From positions 75,769-139,768 of the forward strand of contig JAAXWR010000001.1 in the NCBI GenBank assembly GCA_013334825.1: a stretch of 64,000 bases of DNA, in the 5' to 3' direction. The notes below the pieces were generated by a model. That model did no database searches. It was not told where the DNA came from and saw only the letters and a list, made by a program, of their open reading frames with translations. This document shows, piece by piece, positions 21,294 to 30,058 of this stretch. The position numbers and the translations under genes are program-made. Positions within the stretch are counted from its first letter, which is position 1, and each line of letters begins with the position of its first letter. The DNA is from Candidatus Yonathbacteria bacterium. GTDB taxonomy: Bacteria; Patescibacteriota; Minisyncoccia; Phycocordibacterales; JACNGX01.

Positions 21294-21860
21294 ATGACAA
21301 TTCAGAAAATACTTATCCCAGTAATGATTTTGGTTGTCGTAGCCGTGGGCATCTTTAGTGCCGTGTCATTTGGACGTCAAGATCAAAAGGTTACGATTCA
21401 ATCAAATGCTTCTTTTGCAAAAGTGACGAAAGACGAACTCATACAAAACTCAGATGCACTCGCGATTGTAACGGTGGAAAATATCAAAAGTTTCGAGGAT
21501 GTTTCAGATATTCGACCCGGAAAGCAAGATGTGTTCAGTGATGTTACTGTGGTAGTTAACGAATATCTTTATAATCCTCAAAAATTGACAGACTCCGAGC
21601 TAGTGTTGCGTGTATTGGGAGGGGAAACTGAAGATACGAAAATGATTGTAAACGGAGGAGCTTCCTTTGAAGAGGGCGAACAAGCAGCTGTATTTTTGAA
21701 AAGAAAAGATGACCAGGTTTTTGAAGTTGTAGGTTGGGCACAAGGTAAATATACCATTAAAGAAGACAGTATTGGGCAAGGTCAAGAAAAAGTATTTATG
21801 AAAGATATCTTTGGAAAAGAAATGACCCTTGATGACTTTAGATCCGAATTTACCGAGTAA
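21294..21860 (+). CDS. membrane-anchored hypothetical protein (188 aa)
   Basis: N-terminal TM, then a soluble domain. Confidence 0.45.
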   Translation: MTIQKILIPVMILVVVAVGIFSAVSFGRQDQKVTIQSNASFAKVTKDELIQNSDALAIVTVENIKSFEDVSDIRPGKQDVFSDVTVVVNEYLYNPQKLTDSELVLRVLGGETEDTKMIVNGGASFEEGEQAAVFLKRKDDQVFEVVGWAQGKYTIKEDSIGQGQEKVFMKDIFGKEMTLDDFRSEFTE

Positions 21861-21940
21861 GATAATTTTACGCTCAAAGCGCAAAAAACACCCACAAGGG
21901 TGTTTTTTGCTTAACTATCGCTCGGATGTTGGGCGTGAGT

Positions 21941-21983
21941 GGGTGTACCAGGACTTGAACCTGGAACCGCCGAGGTATATGTT
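21941..21983 (-). pseudogene. tRNA 3'-half fragment (anticodon-loop 3' side, T-arm CCAGGTTCAAGTCCTGG, acceptor TACACCC) with no 5' half; bounded by the junction TATATGGAACAT
   Basis: RC reads ATATACCTCGGCGGTTCCAGGTTCAAGTCCTGGTACACCCA; no matching GGGTGTA acceptor upstream. Confidence 0.6.
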
Positions 21984-22018
21984 CCATATAATGACGGCAC
22001 TCAAACGTTAAAAATACG

Positions 22019-22092
22019 TGGGCGCACAGGGACTTGAACCCCGAACCGCCGAGGTATAAGCTCGGTGCTCTAACCAATTGAGCTATGCGCCC
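22019..22092 (-). tRNA. tRNA-Ile (anticodon UAU; decodes AUA)
   Basis: RC: GGGCGCA-TA-GCTCAATTGGTTAGAGC-A-CCGAG-CTTATAC-CTCGG-CGGTT-CGGGGTTCAAGTCCCTG-TGCGCCC-A; 5-bp anticodon stem, U33, anticodon T-A-T. Confidence 0.75.
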
Positions 22093-22190
22093 ACGTATTC
22101 TCACGTTTTCGTTTGTCATTATATATAAACATATAATGACATCATTCGAACGATATGTATGCAAGCATACAATCGATTCTCATTCGTCAT

Positions 22191-22228
22191 TATAAGCTCG
22201 GTGCTCTAACCAATTGAGCTATGCGCCC
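22191..22228 (-). pseudogene. partial duplicate of the tRNA-Ile(UAU) 5' half
   Basis: TATAAGCTCGGTGCTCTAACCAATTGAGCTATGCGCCC identical to the corresponding part of the 22019-22092 gene. Confidence 0.8.
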
Positions 22229-22762
22229 ACGTCCGGTCTCCGTTCTTTCGTGAAATTTTAAGTTCGGGGCTCCTTCGCCTTGTCAGAGCTTTAGGGCAGG
22301 TAACCAACTGCCGTGTCCTCCGAAGCCTTGGCGAAGGAGAATGCTAGGCACCCCTATATGTTCCCTTATGTGATATAAAATACATAACTTGGGATATAAG
22401 CATGGTACTACAGAATAACTTTTTTTTCCACCTATTGTAATAGAGTGAGTGCAGTAAGTGTTGCTTCCTACATTCTAGTTTGAATTGCAACAAATAGTAT
22501 TCCTTGGTGGCACTTTTCCTAACACAAACACCTCATACTGAATCAAATAGCCGAGACGTTTTTTCGCCTGATAATTCCGAAAGGACGGGCCTCTTTAAAA
22601 TGAAAAAAATGTGGTGTAATGTTGTTGTTCAATTGCCCGCCATATCCCAGTATCTCTCATACCAAGGTTAAACCTTGGGAGTATGCCCTGTACCAACATT
22701 AAGAGTTGGTACAGAACGTGTATTGTCATGTCATGGAGCATTGCTCGTGTTACAATACTCGT

Positions 22763-25015
22763 ATGACATTAGAACAACGAAAGCCGATTCATCTTGCTGA
22801 CTCAATTGACATACACACCCGTATGTCTGAACCACAAAAGAAGGCACTTGCTTCACTTGGTATTGTGACGGTACACGATATGCTGTATCACTTTCCGGCG
22901 CGATATCATCATATTGCGTCAATGAAACGTATTGCTGACCTTGTTATGGGTGATGAAGCGGTCGTGTATGGTAAAGTCATATCTGCAAAGACGACCAAAG
23001 CATATAAGAAAAAGATTCCCATTGGCGAGATTACGATTGATGATGGGACAGGTAAGATAAAAGCAGTGTGGTTTCATCAGGCATTTGCTGCGGCTGTGCT
23101 CAAAGAGGGAACCTATGTGAAGCTTGCCGGTCGTGTACAGCAAAAAAAGACGGGAGAATTGTATTTGGGTAATCCGGAATTTGAAAAAACGAAAGCACTT
23201 CCTATTGATGTGGGGAATTCACTTTTTGCTGGTGGTCTGCATGATGATGTGTTTGCTGCGCCAGTATATCCAGAGAGTAGAGGTGTATCATCGCGGTTTA
23301 TCGCCCATGCTGTGGAACGATTGTTTGCGCGTGGCGCGCTTGATGGATTGGCAGATCCTATCCCAGAGGATATGTTGAAGCGGTATAATCTGCCGACACT
23401 CGCGACCGCACTCGTGTGGATACATACCCCTCAGAAAGAAGCTGATGCGCGCGCAGCGCGCAAACGATTTGCGTTTGAAGAAATATTTTTTATTCAGCTC
23501 GCACGTCAGCGGGCACGTCGTGCGTATCGAGACCTTGAAGCATTTGATATTGATACCGACCGCGAGGCGATTGCACCGTTTCTCAAGAAGTTTTCTTTTC
23601 CGCTTACTGGAGCGCAAGAACGCGCGATTGATGCAATACTGTCGGACATGGGAAGTGGAGAGCCGATGACGCGACTCCTTGAGGGAGATGTGGGGTCGGG
23701 AAAGACGGCGGTCGCTGCCGCGACCGCCTACGCCACCGTCTCCACACGCCCAAAAGGACAGGACTTCGGGACACTCCAGGTTGCCTATATGGCGCCAACG
23801 GAGATTCTTGCGACGCAGCATTTTCTCTCATTTATTGAATATTTTAGAAACACACCGATACAGGTGGGGCTTATTACGGGAAGTGGATGTAAAAAGTTTC
23901 CGTCAAAAAACGACCCCAATAAACCGACGGATATTTCTCGTGCGCAACTTTTGAAATGGGTGGCAAGTGGAGAAATCGCGATTGTGTTCGGCACACATGC
24001 ACTTATTCAAAAGAGCGTGAAGTTTAAACATCTTGCATACGCTATCATTGATGAACAACACCGATTCGGTACACATCAGCGCGGAGCGCTGATACGCGGA
24101 AGTGACGCGGACACTACGCAGACTCAAGCGGAACATACGCAGAATAATGCAGATGGTACTTCGCGACCTTCCGCGTATGTTCCGCATCTGCTGTCGATGA
24201 CGGCGACACCGATTCCGCGCACGCTCGCACTCACTATCTATGGTGATCTTGACCTCACACTTTTGGATGAATTGCCTGCGGGACGCAAGGATGTGAAAAC
24301 TGCGGTGATTCCTCCCGATAGACGTGATGAAGTGTATACGCATATGCGTATTGCTCTCGATGAAGGACGACAAGCGTATGTGATATGTCCGCGTATTGAC
24401 GAACCAGATCCGGACAAAGCGGCAGCGCTCAATACCAAGTCGGTGAAGGCCGAGGCGGAGCGTCTCAAGCGCAATATCTTTCCTGACAAGACAATAGATA
24501 TTCTGCACAGTAAAATGACACCGAAAGAAAAAGATGCGACGATGGCGCGTTTTGCGGCGGGGGAGACAGATATACTTGTCGCGACATCTGTTGTTGAGGT
24601 GGGTGTGAATGTCCCCAATGCGACGGAGATTATTATCGAGGGTGCGGAGCGTTTTGGTTTGGCACAGCTCCATCAATTGCGCGGGCGTGTGCAACGAAGC
24701 GCATATCAGGCGCACTGTTATTTGTTTACTGACTCAGGCGCAGTTACTGCGTCTGAACGATTGGGAGCATTTGTAAAAGCGCGTGACGGTTTCGCACTCG
24801 CGGAAATGGATTTATCATTGCGAGGCTCGGGCGAACTGGGAGGAGGGAAGCAATGGGGCGTGACAGATGTCGGCATGGAAGCAATCAAAAATCTTCCTAT
24901 GGTAGAGGCAGCGCGCAATGAAGCGACGCGTATGTTGGATGAAGATGTTGATTTTCAGAGGCACCCACTTATTGCGCAAAGAGTCAAAGACGCGGAAGAG
25001 ATGCATTTTGAATAG
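22763..25015 (+). CDS. recG: ATP-dependent DNA helicase RecG
   Basis: N-terminal wedge region (LASLGIVTVHDMLYHFPARY), FPLTGAQERAIDAIL, Walker A GDVGSGKT, DEQHRFG, RecG C-terminus; TACAAT 6 nt upstream of the ATG. Confidence 0.88.
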   Translation: MTLEQRKPIHLADSIDIHTRMSEPQKKALASLGIVTVHDMLYHFPARYHHIASMKRIADLVMGDEAVVYGKVISAKTTKAYKKKIPIGEITIDDGTGKIKAVWFHQAFAAAVLKEGTYVKLAGRVQQKKTGELYLGNPEFEKTKALPIDVGNSLFAGGLHDDVFAAPVYPESRGVSSRFIAHAVERLFARGALDGLADPIPEDMLKRYNLPTLATALVWIHTPQKEADARAARKRFAFEEIFFIQLARQRARRAYRDLEAFDIDTDREAIAPFLKKFSFPLTGAQERAIDAILSDMGSGEPMTRLLEGDVGSGKTAVAAATAYATVSTRPKGQDFGTLQVAYMAPTEILATQHFLSFIEYFRNTPIQVGLITGSGCKKFPSKNDPNKPTDISRAQLLKWVASGEIAIVFGTHALIQKSVKFKHLAYAIIDEQHRFGTHQRGALIRGSDADTTQTQAEHTQNNADGTSRPSAYVPHLLSMTATPIPRTLALTIYGDLDLTLLDELPAGRKDVKTAVIPPDRRDEVYTHMRIALDEGRQAYVICPRIDEPDPDKAAALNTKSVKAEAERLKRNIFPDKTIDILHSKMTPKEKDATMARFAAGETDILVATSVVEVGVNVPNATEIIIEGAERFGLAQLHQLRGRVQRSAYQAHCYLFTDSGAVTASERLGAFVKARDGFALAEMDLSLRGSGELGGGKQWGVTDVGMEAIKNLPMVEAARNEATRMLDEDVDFQRHPLIAQRVKDAEEMHFE

Positions 25016-25250
25016 GGACAAAAAAATCGTATCCGCGTTTTGCGGTGGGTTTACCCTCCGTTCACATTTCGCAGTCATTTCACATTGTCCGTTCGCATTC
25101 GCTCACAGAGCCTCTCCCGTGTTTGCTTCGTATTCGCTCTATGGCTTCGTTGAAGTCCGTGGTAATTCTAGAAAAGCGGATTGTGTTGAGGCATAAATAA
25201 GTTTATATATGCTTGCCCCACCCAACCAGTGCGCGCACAAGCAGTGCCCC

Positions 25251-27452
25251 CTAAACTTTCTCAAGTAGTGTGAGAAAGTCCTTCAATTTTTGTATTTTTT
25301 CTGGTTCACGCAATTTAATGGTCTCGTGTTGATCGTGCATATGCTCGTGCCAGTTGTTACTTAGAATCTCATCTTTGACTGCACATTTTCCATCGATTTT
25401 TTCTAGATACGCAGATATGCTCCCGTCTGCAAGCGTGCTTTTATCAAGCATGAAGTAATACTTATGTCTCAAGATTCTCTCTAGACATTTTCGGACTTTT
25501 CCTATGGCTTCGTCTACATTACGAGAGTTATCTGCCGCATCTTTAATATATTTGATATCTTTGAAATACTGCTCTTCAATCAACTCATCCACGTCACATT
25601 CTTCAAGTACTGAACCAAATGTTTTAGAATGTTTAATTCTTAGTATTTTCGTATCTGAAGAAGGCAACTTTTCTTGCAGTCTTCCCAAAAAACTATCATC
25701 ATGAGTTAGGATAATTACCTGTTCTGGTAAATCATCACTCTCATTTCTAATATCAATTATTGCTTTTGCTAGATAGTCTTTTCTGTTTGAATCAAAACTT
25801 GAAAAAGGATCATCTAGAATGACTATTTTACTTTTCAAATTTGAATCCGTTTTAAGACTTGAAATGAAAAAAGCCATTGCTAAGAGTCTTCGATCACTGT
25901 CACTGAGTGTGTTTCCAAAATACGCTTTATCCAAAGGCTCTTCATCTGACTGAGAACGTTTATTGGAAATTGGTACTGTTTCCCCATCGATAACAAACTC
26001 ATAATCAAGAAAGTGTGCATCAGATCGTGTGAGATTTGATTTGCTATTTAACTTTTGTATTGTAAAATCTGCCTTTAAAACATCCCTCAAGACCATGTTG
26101 ATTTGTTCCTGATTCTTTTCAATTGTACTTTTCGTTATCTTGTCTATCTTTTTCCGTAATGCATCAATTTTTACTTTCTTCATTTCAACAGCTTTTCCAG
26201 CTTGCTGGTATTTTTCTGCGAGAGTTACACCTTCTTTACTATGGCGGTATTGCGACAATTGAAACTGTTTCAATTCATTTTCAAGACCTTGTAATTTGAG
26301 AGCAGAAAACTCTTGTGTTTTTAATTCATTTAAAATTGAATGTAATTTTTTGATTTCTGAAACAAATACTTGAAAATGACTGTCTTCCGCTTCACAATTG
26401 ATAGGATGATTCAGATTTTTTAGTTTTTTTGCAACATCTTCATCAAGAGCTTTTTTGTTTTCCAACAATAGTTTTTTATCTAAAATATCTTCACACTTAA
26501 CCCCGAGAGAAGTGAATTTCGCTATTTCTGCTTCTGGATCAAAGCGCAAGAATCTCTCTCCGTATGTTTCTATTTCTTGTCGTGTTGTTGTGTAAGTTTC
26601 CCCGAAGACTTTTTTGAAATCCTTAATCAGATCGGTGACTGGTGCAAGATTTTGTCCGCAGAATATACATGCATCTGAATCTTTTTTCAACAAGGTGACA
26701 CCGTCTGCCAGAAAATTCTTTGACGCATGTTCATCATTCCAGTGATTGCGAATATGTTCATCAATATTCTTTTCAGCGGATGTGTCCAGGGTTTTCTGCA
26801 TTGCAGCAAAAAAATTATCAAACGTACTTGCAAGAGGTGATGTTGGTACTAACTGCTTGAGTGCATCACTATTTTTTAGTCTTTGAATTTTTTCTTTTTT
26901 CTTTTCAACCTCCTCATCAATATTTGTAATCTCTATGGCTTTCAAGAAAAAATCAAATGTGCCTAGATCATATTTTGTATATTCTGTTTTTATTTGGTCA
27001 CGTTGTTTCTCTAGAGCATCTTGTTCATCACGCAATTCCTTTAACTTCGTGACTTTTTGTCCCACGTTTTCACCAACAAAGATGCCGTGTAAAGATGATT
27101 TGTGTTTATGATCTATCTCGTCACCTACAAAAACTGAATTATGTATAAAATTGTTATCAAATATAGCAATGTTTGGATTATTCCAATTTCCATTTGCTAG
27201 AGTTAGATGCTTGTTGCTACTATCTAAAATATCAATCACGATGTCGCCAGTGTGCCCAAAACTTTTCTTTCCTTTTATACATTTCTGATCAGAATTTTTG
27301 AGAGATCTAAAAATGGTGGTTAGGGTACTTTTACCATAGGTGTTGTAACCAAAAATGATTGTATGTTTAAGAAACCTTAAATCGTCATTGCCACCATTGG
27401 CAAAGTTTTTGAATTTTCCCAACCCCTCAATTTTTAATATCTTACTAATCAT
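25251..27452 (-). CDS. SMC-like ABC ATPase (733 aa) with a coiled-coil insert carrying CxxC (CIFCGQ, res ~262) and a ~150-aa C-terminal extra domain; candidate RloC/PrrC-like anticodon nuclease
   Basis: Walker A GYNTYGKST, signature-like LSDSDRRLLAMAF, Walker B/D-loop IVILDDPFSSFD, H-loop ILTHDD; C-terminus VRKCLERILRH; last gene of the R-M operon. Confidence 0.45.
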   Translation of the reverse strand: MISKILKIEGLGKFKNFANGGNDDLRFLKHTIIFGYNTYGKSTLTTIFRSLKNSDQKCIKGKKSFGHTGDIVIDILDSSNKHLTLANGNWNNPNIAIFDNNFIHNSVFVGDEIDHKHKSSLHGIFVGENVGQKVTKLKELRDEQDALEKQRDQIKTEYTKYDLGTFDFFLKAIEITNIDEEVEKKKEKIQRLKNSDALKQLVPTSPLASTFDNFFAAMQKTLDTSAEKNIDEHIRNHWNDEHASKNFLADGVTLLKKDSDACIFCGQNLAPVTDLIKDFKKVFGETYTTTRQEIETYGERFLRFDPEAEIAKFTSLGVKCEDILDKKLLLENKKALDEDVAKKLKNLNHPINCEAEDSHFQVFVSEIKKLHSILNELKTQEFSALKLQGLENELKQFQLSQYRHSKEGVTLAEKYQQAGKAVEMKKVKIDALRKKIDKITKSTIEKNQEQINMVLRDVLKADFTIQKLNSKSNLTRSDAHFLDYEFVIDGETVPISNKRSQSDEEPLDKAYFGNTLSDSDRRLLAMAFFISSLKTDSNLKSKIVILDDPFSSFDSNRKDYLAKAIIDIRNESDDLPEQVIILTHDDSFLGRLQEKLPSSDTKILRIKHSKTFGSVLEECDVDELIEEQYFKDIKYIKDAADNSRNVDEAIGKVRKCLERILRHKYYFMLDKSTLADGSISAYLEKIDGKCAVKDEILSNNWHEHMHDQHETIKLREPEKIQKLKDFLTLLEKV

Positions 27453-27458
27453 ACAAAT

Positions 27459-28229
27459 TTATTTCTTCATTCTTTGCTTGGCGATTCTTGCATATTCTTT
27501 ATCTTGCTCAATTCCAATCCATTTTCGACCATATTTTTTTGCTACATATGTCGTTGTGCCACTTCCCAAAAATGGATCAAGAACAATATCGCCTTTGTTG
27601 GAGCTTGCTAAAATAATACGCGTGAGCATTTCCTCAGGCTTTTGCGTAGGATGCAATGCGCGACCATTATCGCCACGCAAGCGCTCTTTTCCTTGGACAA
27701 GCGGAAGTTCCCAGAAATCACGCATTTGTTTTAGGTTTCCGTCCTTTTGCTTATTAGGATTTATTTTCTTTATTTCTTCGTAGTTGAATGTCCATCCACT
27801 TCCTTTTACAGCCCAAATAACAAACTCAGTTGAGTGTGTGAAGACACGCCTTGTCATATTCGGCATGGCGTTTGTCTTGTACCAAGTGATGACGTTATTT
27901 ACTTTGTAATCAAGTTGTTTTAATACAATCATCACCTCCGCGATGTTGTGATAACTACAGGCGACATAAATTGATCCTTTATCTTTCAAAGCTCTATCGC
28001 AAGCACCCAGCCATTTTCTCGTAAATTGTAAATATTCCGGTGCAGACATTTTGTCCCATTCTTCGTCGACCATGTACCAATCTCCGCCAGTCTTGTTGCC
28101 TTTCCAGTGCAAACCGTTTCCAGATAGATTATAAGGAGGATCAGCAAAAACCAAATCAATAGATTTTTCCTCAACCTTTTTATTGAGAGTGTCTATACAG
28201 TCTCCATTGTAAATAATATTTGTTTTCAT
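27459..28229 (-). CDS. beta-class DNA methyltransferase (N6-adenine or N4-cytosine, DPPY motif)
   Basis: DLVFADPPYNL (motif IV) N-terminal, VLDPFLGSGTT (motif I) C-terminal. Confidence 0.85.
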   Translation of the reverse strand: MKTNIIYNGDCIDTLNKKVEEKSIDLVFADPPYNLSGNGLHWKGNKTGGDWYMVDEEWDKMSAPEYLQFTRKWLGACDRALKDKGSIYVACSYHNIAEVMIVLKQLDYKVNNVITWYKTNAMPNMTRRVFTHSTEFVIWAVKGSGWTFNYEEIKKINPNKQKDGNLKQMRDFWELPLVQGKERLRGDNGRALHPTQKPEEMLTRIILASSNKGDIVLDPFLGSGTTTYVAKKYGRKWIGIEQDKEYARIAKQRMKK

Positions 28230-28232
28230 GTT

Positions 28233-30056
28233 TTATGTTTGAGAAATAAGGCTTTCTTGCCATACTGAAATGGTATTTGGAATATTTCGTAACCATTCAT
28301 TTGAATCGCTAAATAATTTTGATGACTCCAAGATTTCATCATACAGGCGAGCAATTTCTGAGTGTTGCAAAAATCTCTTTTTTGATTTCATTTGCACCAA
28401 CACTTTCAACACAGAAACAAATTGTCTAATCGAAAGAGGTATGATTCTTTGTGGTTGTCCCTCGTACTCGTATTTTATTGCTGTCCAGAAAGTGTTTACT
28501 GTATCTCTGTGCAACTTCGGGGCAATAAACAGACAATAGGAAGGCTTGTTATTATGTTTTTGTTCGAAGTCTCGTAAATGTCGCATAACTGGTTGACCTT
28601 CGTTGTACCATTGATCGCGACCATTCAGCATCGTGACTTCACAAATGGCATTAAAACTATCGTAAAAACACTCTATGTCTGGTGTGTTTGCGGGGGCAGT
28701 AAATGTTGGTTCATTGTCGTCACCGACAGGATAGTTTGGTTGAATTTTCAATGCATCATTTAAAGCGTGCAATCCAAGTGCAGATAATTTTTCAAGTAAG
28801 ATCGGACGATCATCAAAATCAAAAATGTTTTCAAGATCATTTATGTAAGATTCGACCTGTTCAATCGCTTGAGATTTACTGTGACTTTCTGCGTTTTGTA
28901 GTTCTCGTCTATATACTCTCAATTCTGTAATATATTTTCTTAGTTCATCAACCTGCATTTCCTGGTGACTCTTAATTTCAAGATTATCTTCCTGCAAAGT
29001 AGATTCGTATTCACGTATTTCCTCAATAAGTCTTTCGGCAATCTCATTATATTTTTCTGCAGTTTCCCAAGGTAGTTTCGGTTCCGAAATATCGGAAATG
29101 TAAGCAAGATAATCTTCTTTTGATTCGAAATGTTTTGCTTGTGCGTTATCATATGCAAGCAGAGAATCAATTTCGATTTTTCTCCTTTCCTCAAGATCAA
29201 CATAGAAACCACCGCCACGAATATGAATGTATCGAGTTAAGCGGAAATAACGGATTGCATTATCTCCATAATCTTGCAAATTGCTTAATAAGCCACCTAT
29301 TTCTTGTTCATCATCGGTTTCTAGAAAATCACTTGCAAACCGCCGTTTGTAAGCATCAAATATTTCTTTTTGCTCCTGCTTTGTTTTGCCACTTAATTCA
29401 TCTCGCAAGGTGATGATTTTTTCTGCATACATGCTGATACTTTGATAATGTATCAAAGTAGGAGCAAAGAGAGACAATTCTTTTTTACTAATGCCTTTTG
29501 CATTGTTGCCACGCGCAGTCTCTTTTTGGTTAACTTCGTTGATTAAATGGAGTGTTCCTATAAACGGTTTGATATCGTAGTCTCCGTTATCTTGATAATC
29601 TCGACTGTCTGGATTTGGTATTTGCCACTTTAAGAAGCTTCTAAAAAATATTTCTCCAAAATCAAAATCATCTTTTAGAAATAATTTTCCTAATTCTGTT
29701 ATTTTTACCTTGTTATCTTCGATGGCGACAAGCCCTATTTTTTTGAGAGGGTTCATTGACTGCCTCCCACGCATTGCAGGATCTTCATAATTTTTCGCAT
29801 TAAAAATTTCTTCCGCCTGCTCAAGAGAGATGTCTCTTGATGGATCATCAACCAAATCAACATGATCTTGCATAAGTCCATTGTAGAATTGGCGACTTCC
29901 ATAACCGTATATTCTGTTCTGGATCAGCAAAATTTGATATTTCTTTTGGTTCTCAAGATTCCACTCAAAATTTTCAAGCTGTTGCAAAACAATCAAGAAA
30001 TTTCTCAATCTCTCAGGATTTCGTAATGTTGTTGTGATTGACCAGGGTTTTTTCAT
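28233..30056 (-). CDS. putative restriction endonuclease (607 aa; size and two-MTase context suggest a Type IIS, AlwI-family-like enzyme)
   Basis: AT-rich ORF sandwiched between two MTase genes with 2-3 nt spacers; possible PD...ExK-like PDIE...CEVT near the C-terminus; family assignment is inference only. Confidence 0.4.
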   Translation of the reverse strand: MKKPWSITTTLRNPERLRNFLIVLQQLENFEWNLENQKKYQILLIQNRIYGYGSRQFYNGLMQDHVDLVDDPSRDISLEQAEEIFNAKNYEDPAMRGRQSMNPLKKIGLVAIEDNKVKITELGKLFLKDDFDFGEIFFRSFLKWQIPNPDSRDYQDNGDYDIKPFIGTLHLINEVNQKETARGNNAKGISKKELSLFAPTLIHYQSISMYAEKIITLRDELSGKTKQEQKEIFDAYKRRFASDFLETDDEQEIGGLLSNLQDYGDNAIRYFRLTRYIHIRGGGFYVDLEERRKIEIDSLLAYDNAQAKHFESKEDYLAYISDISEPKLPWETAEKYNEIAERLIEEIREYESTLQEDNLEIKSHQEMQVDELRKYITELRVYRRELQNAESHSKSQAIEQVESYINDLENIFDFDDRPILLEKLSALGLHALNDALKIQPNYPVGDDNEPTFTAPANTPDIECFYDSFNAICEVTMLNGRDQWYNEGQPVMRHLRDFEQKHNNKPSYCLFIAPKLHRDTVNTFWTAIKYEYEGQPQRIIPLSIRQFVSVLKVLVQMKSKKRFLQHSEIARLYDEILESSKLFSDSNEWLRNIPNTISVWQESLISQT

Positions 30057-30058
30057 AA

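Noticed and set aside
23288-24715. Minus-strand ORFs antisense to recG (23288..23821, 23903..24715, 24238..24618)
   Set aside because: They overlap the conserved recG frame and carry no motifs.
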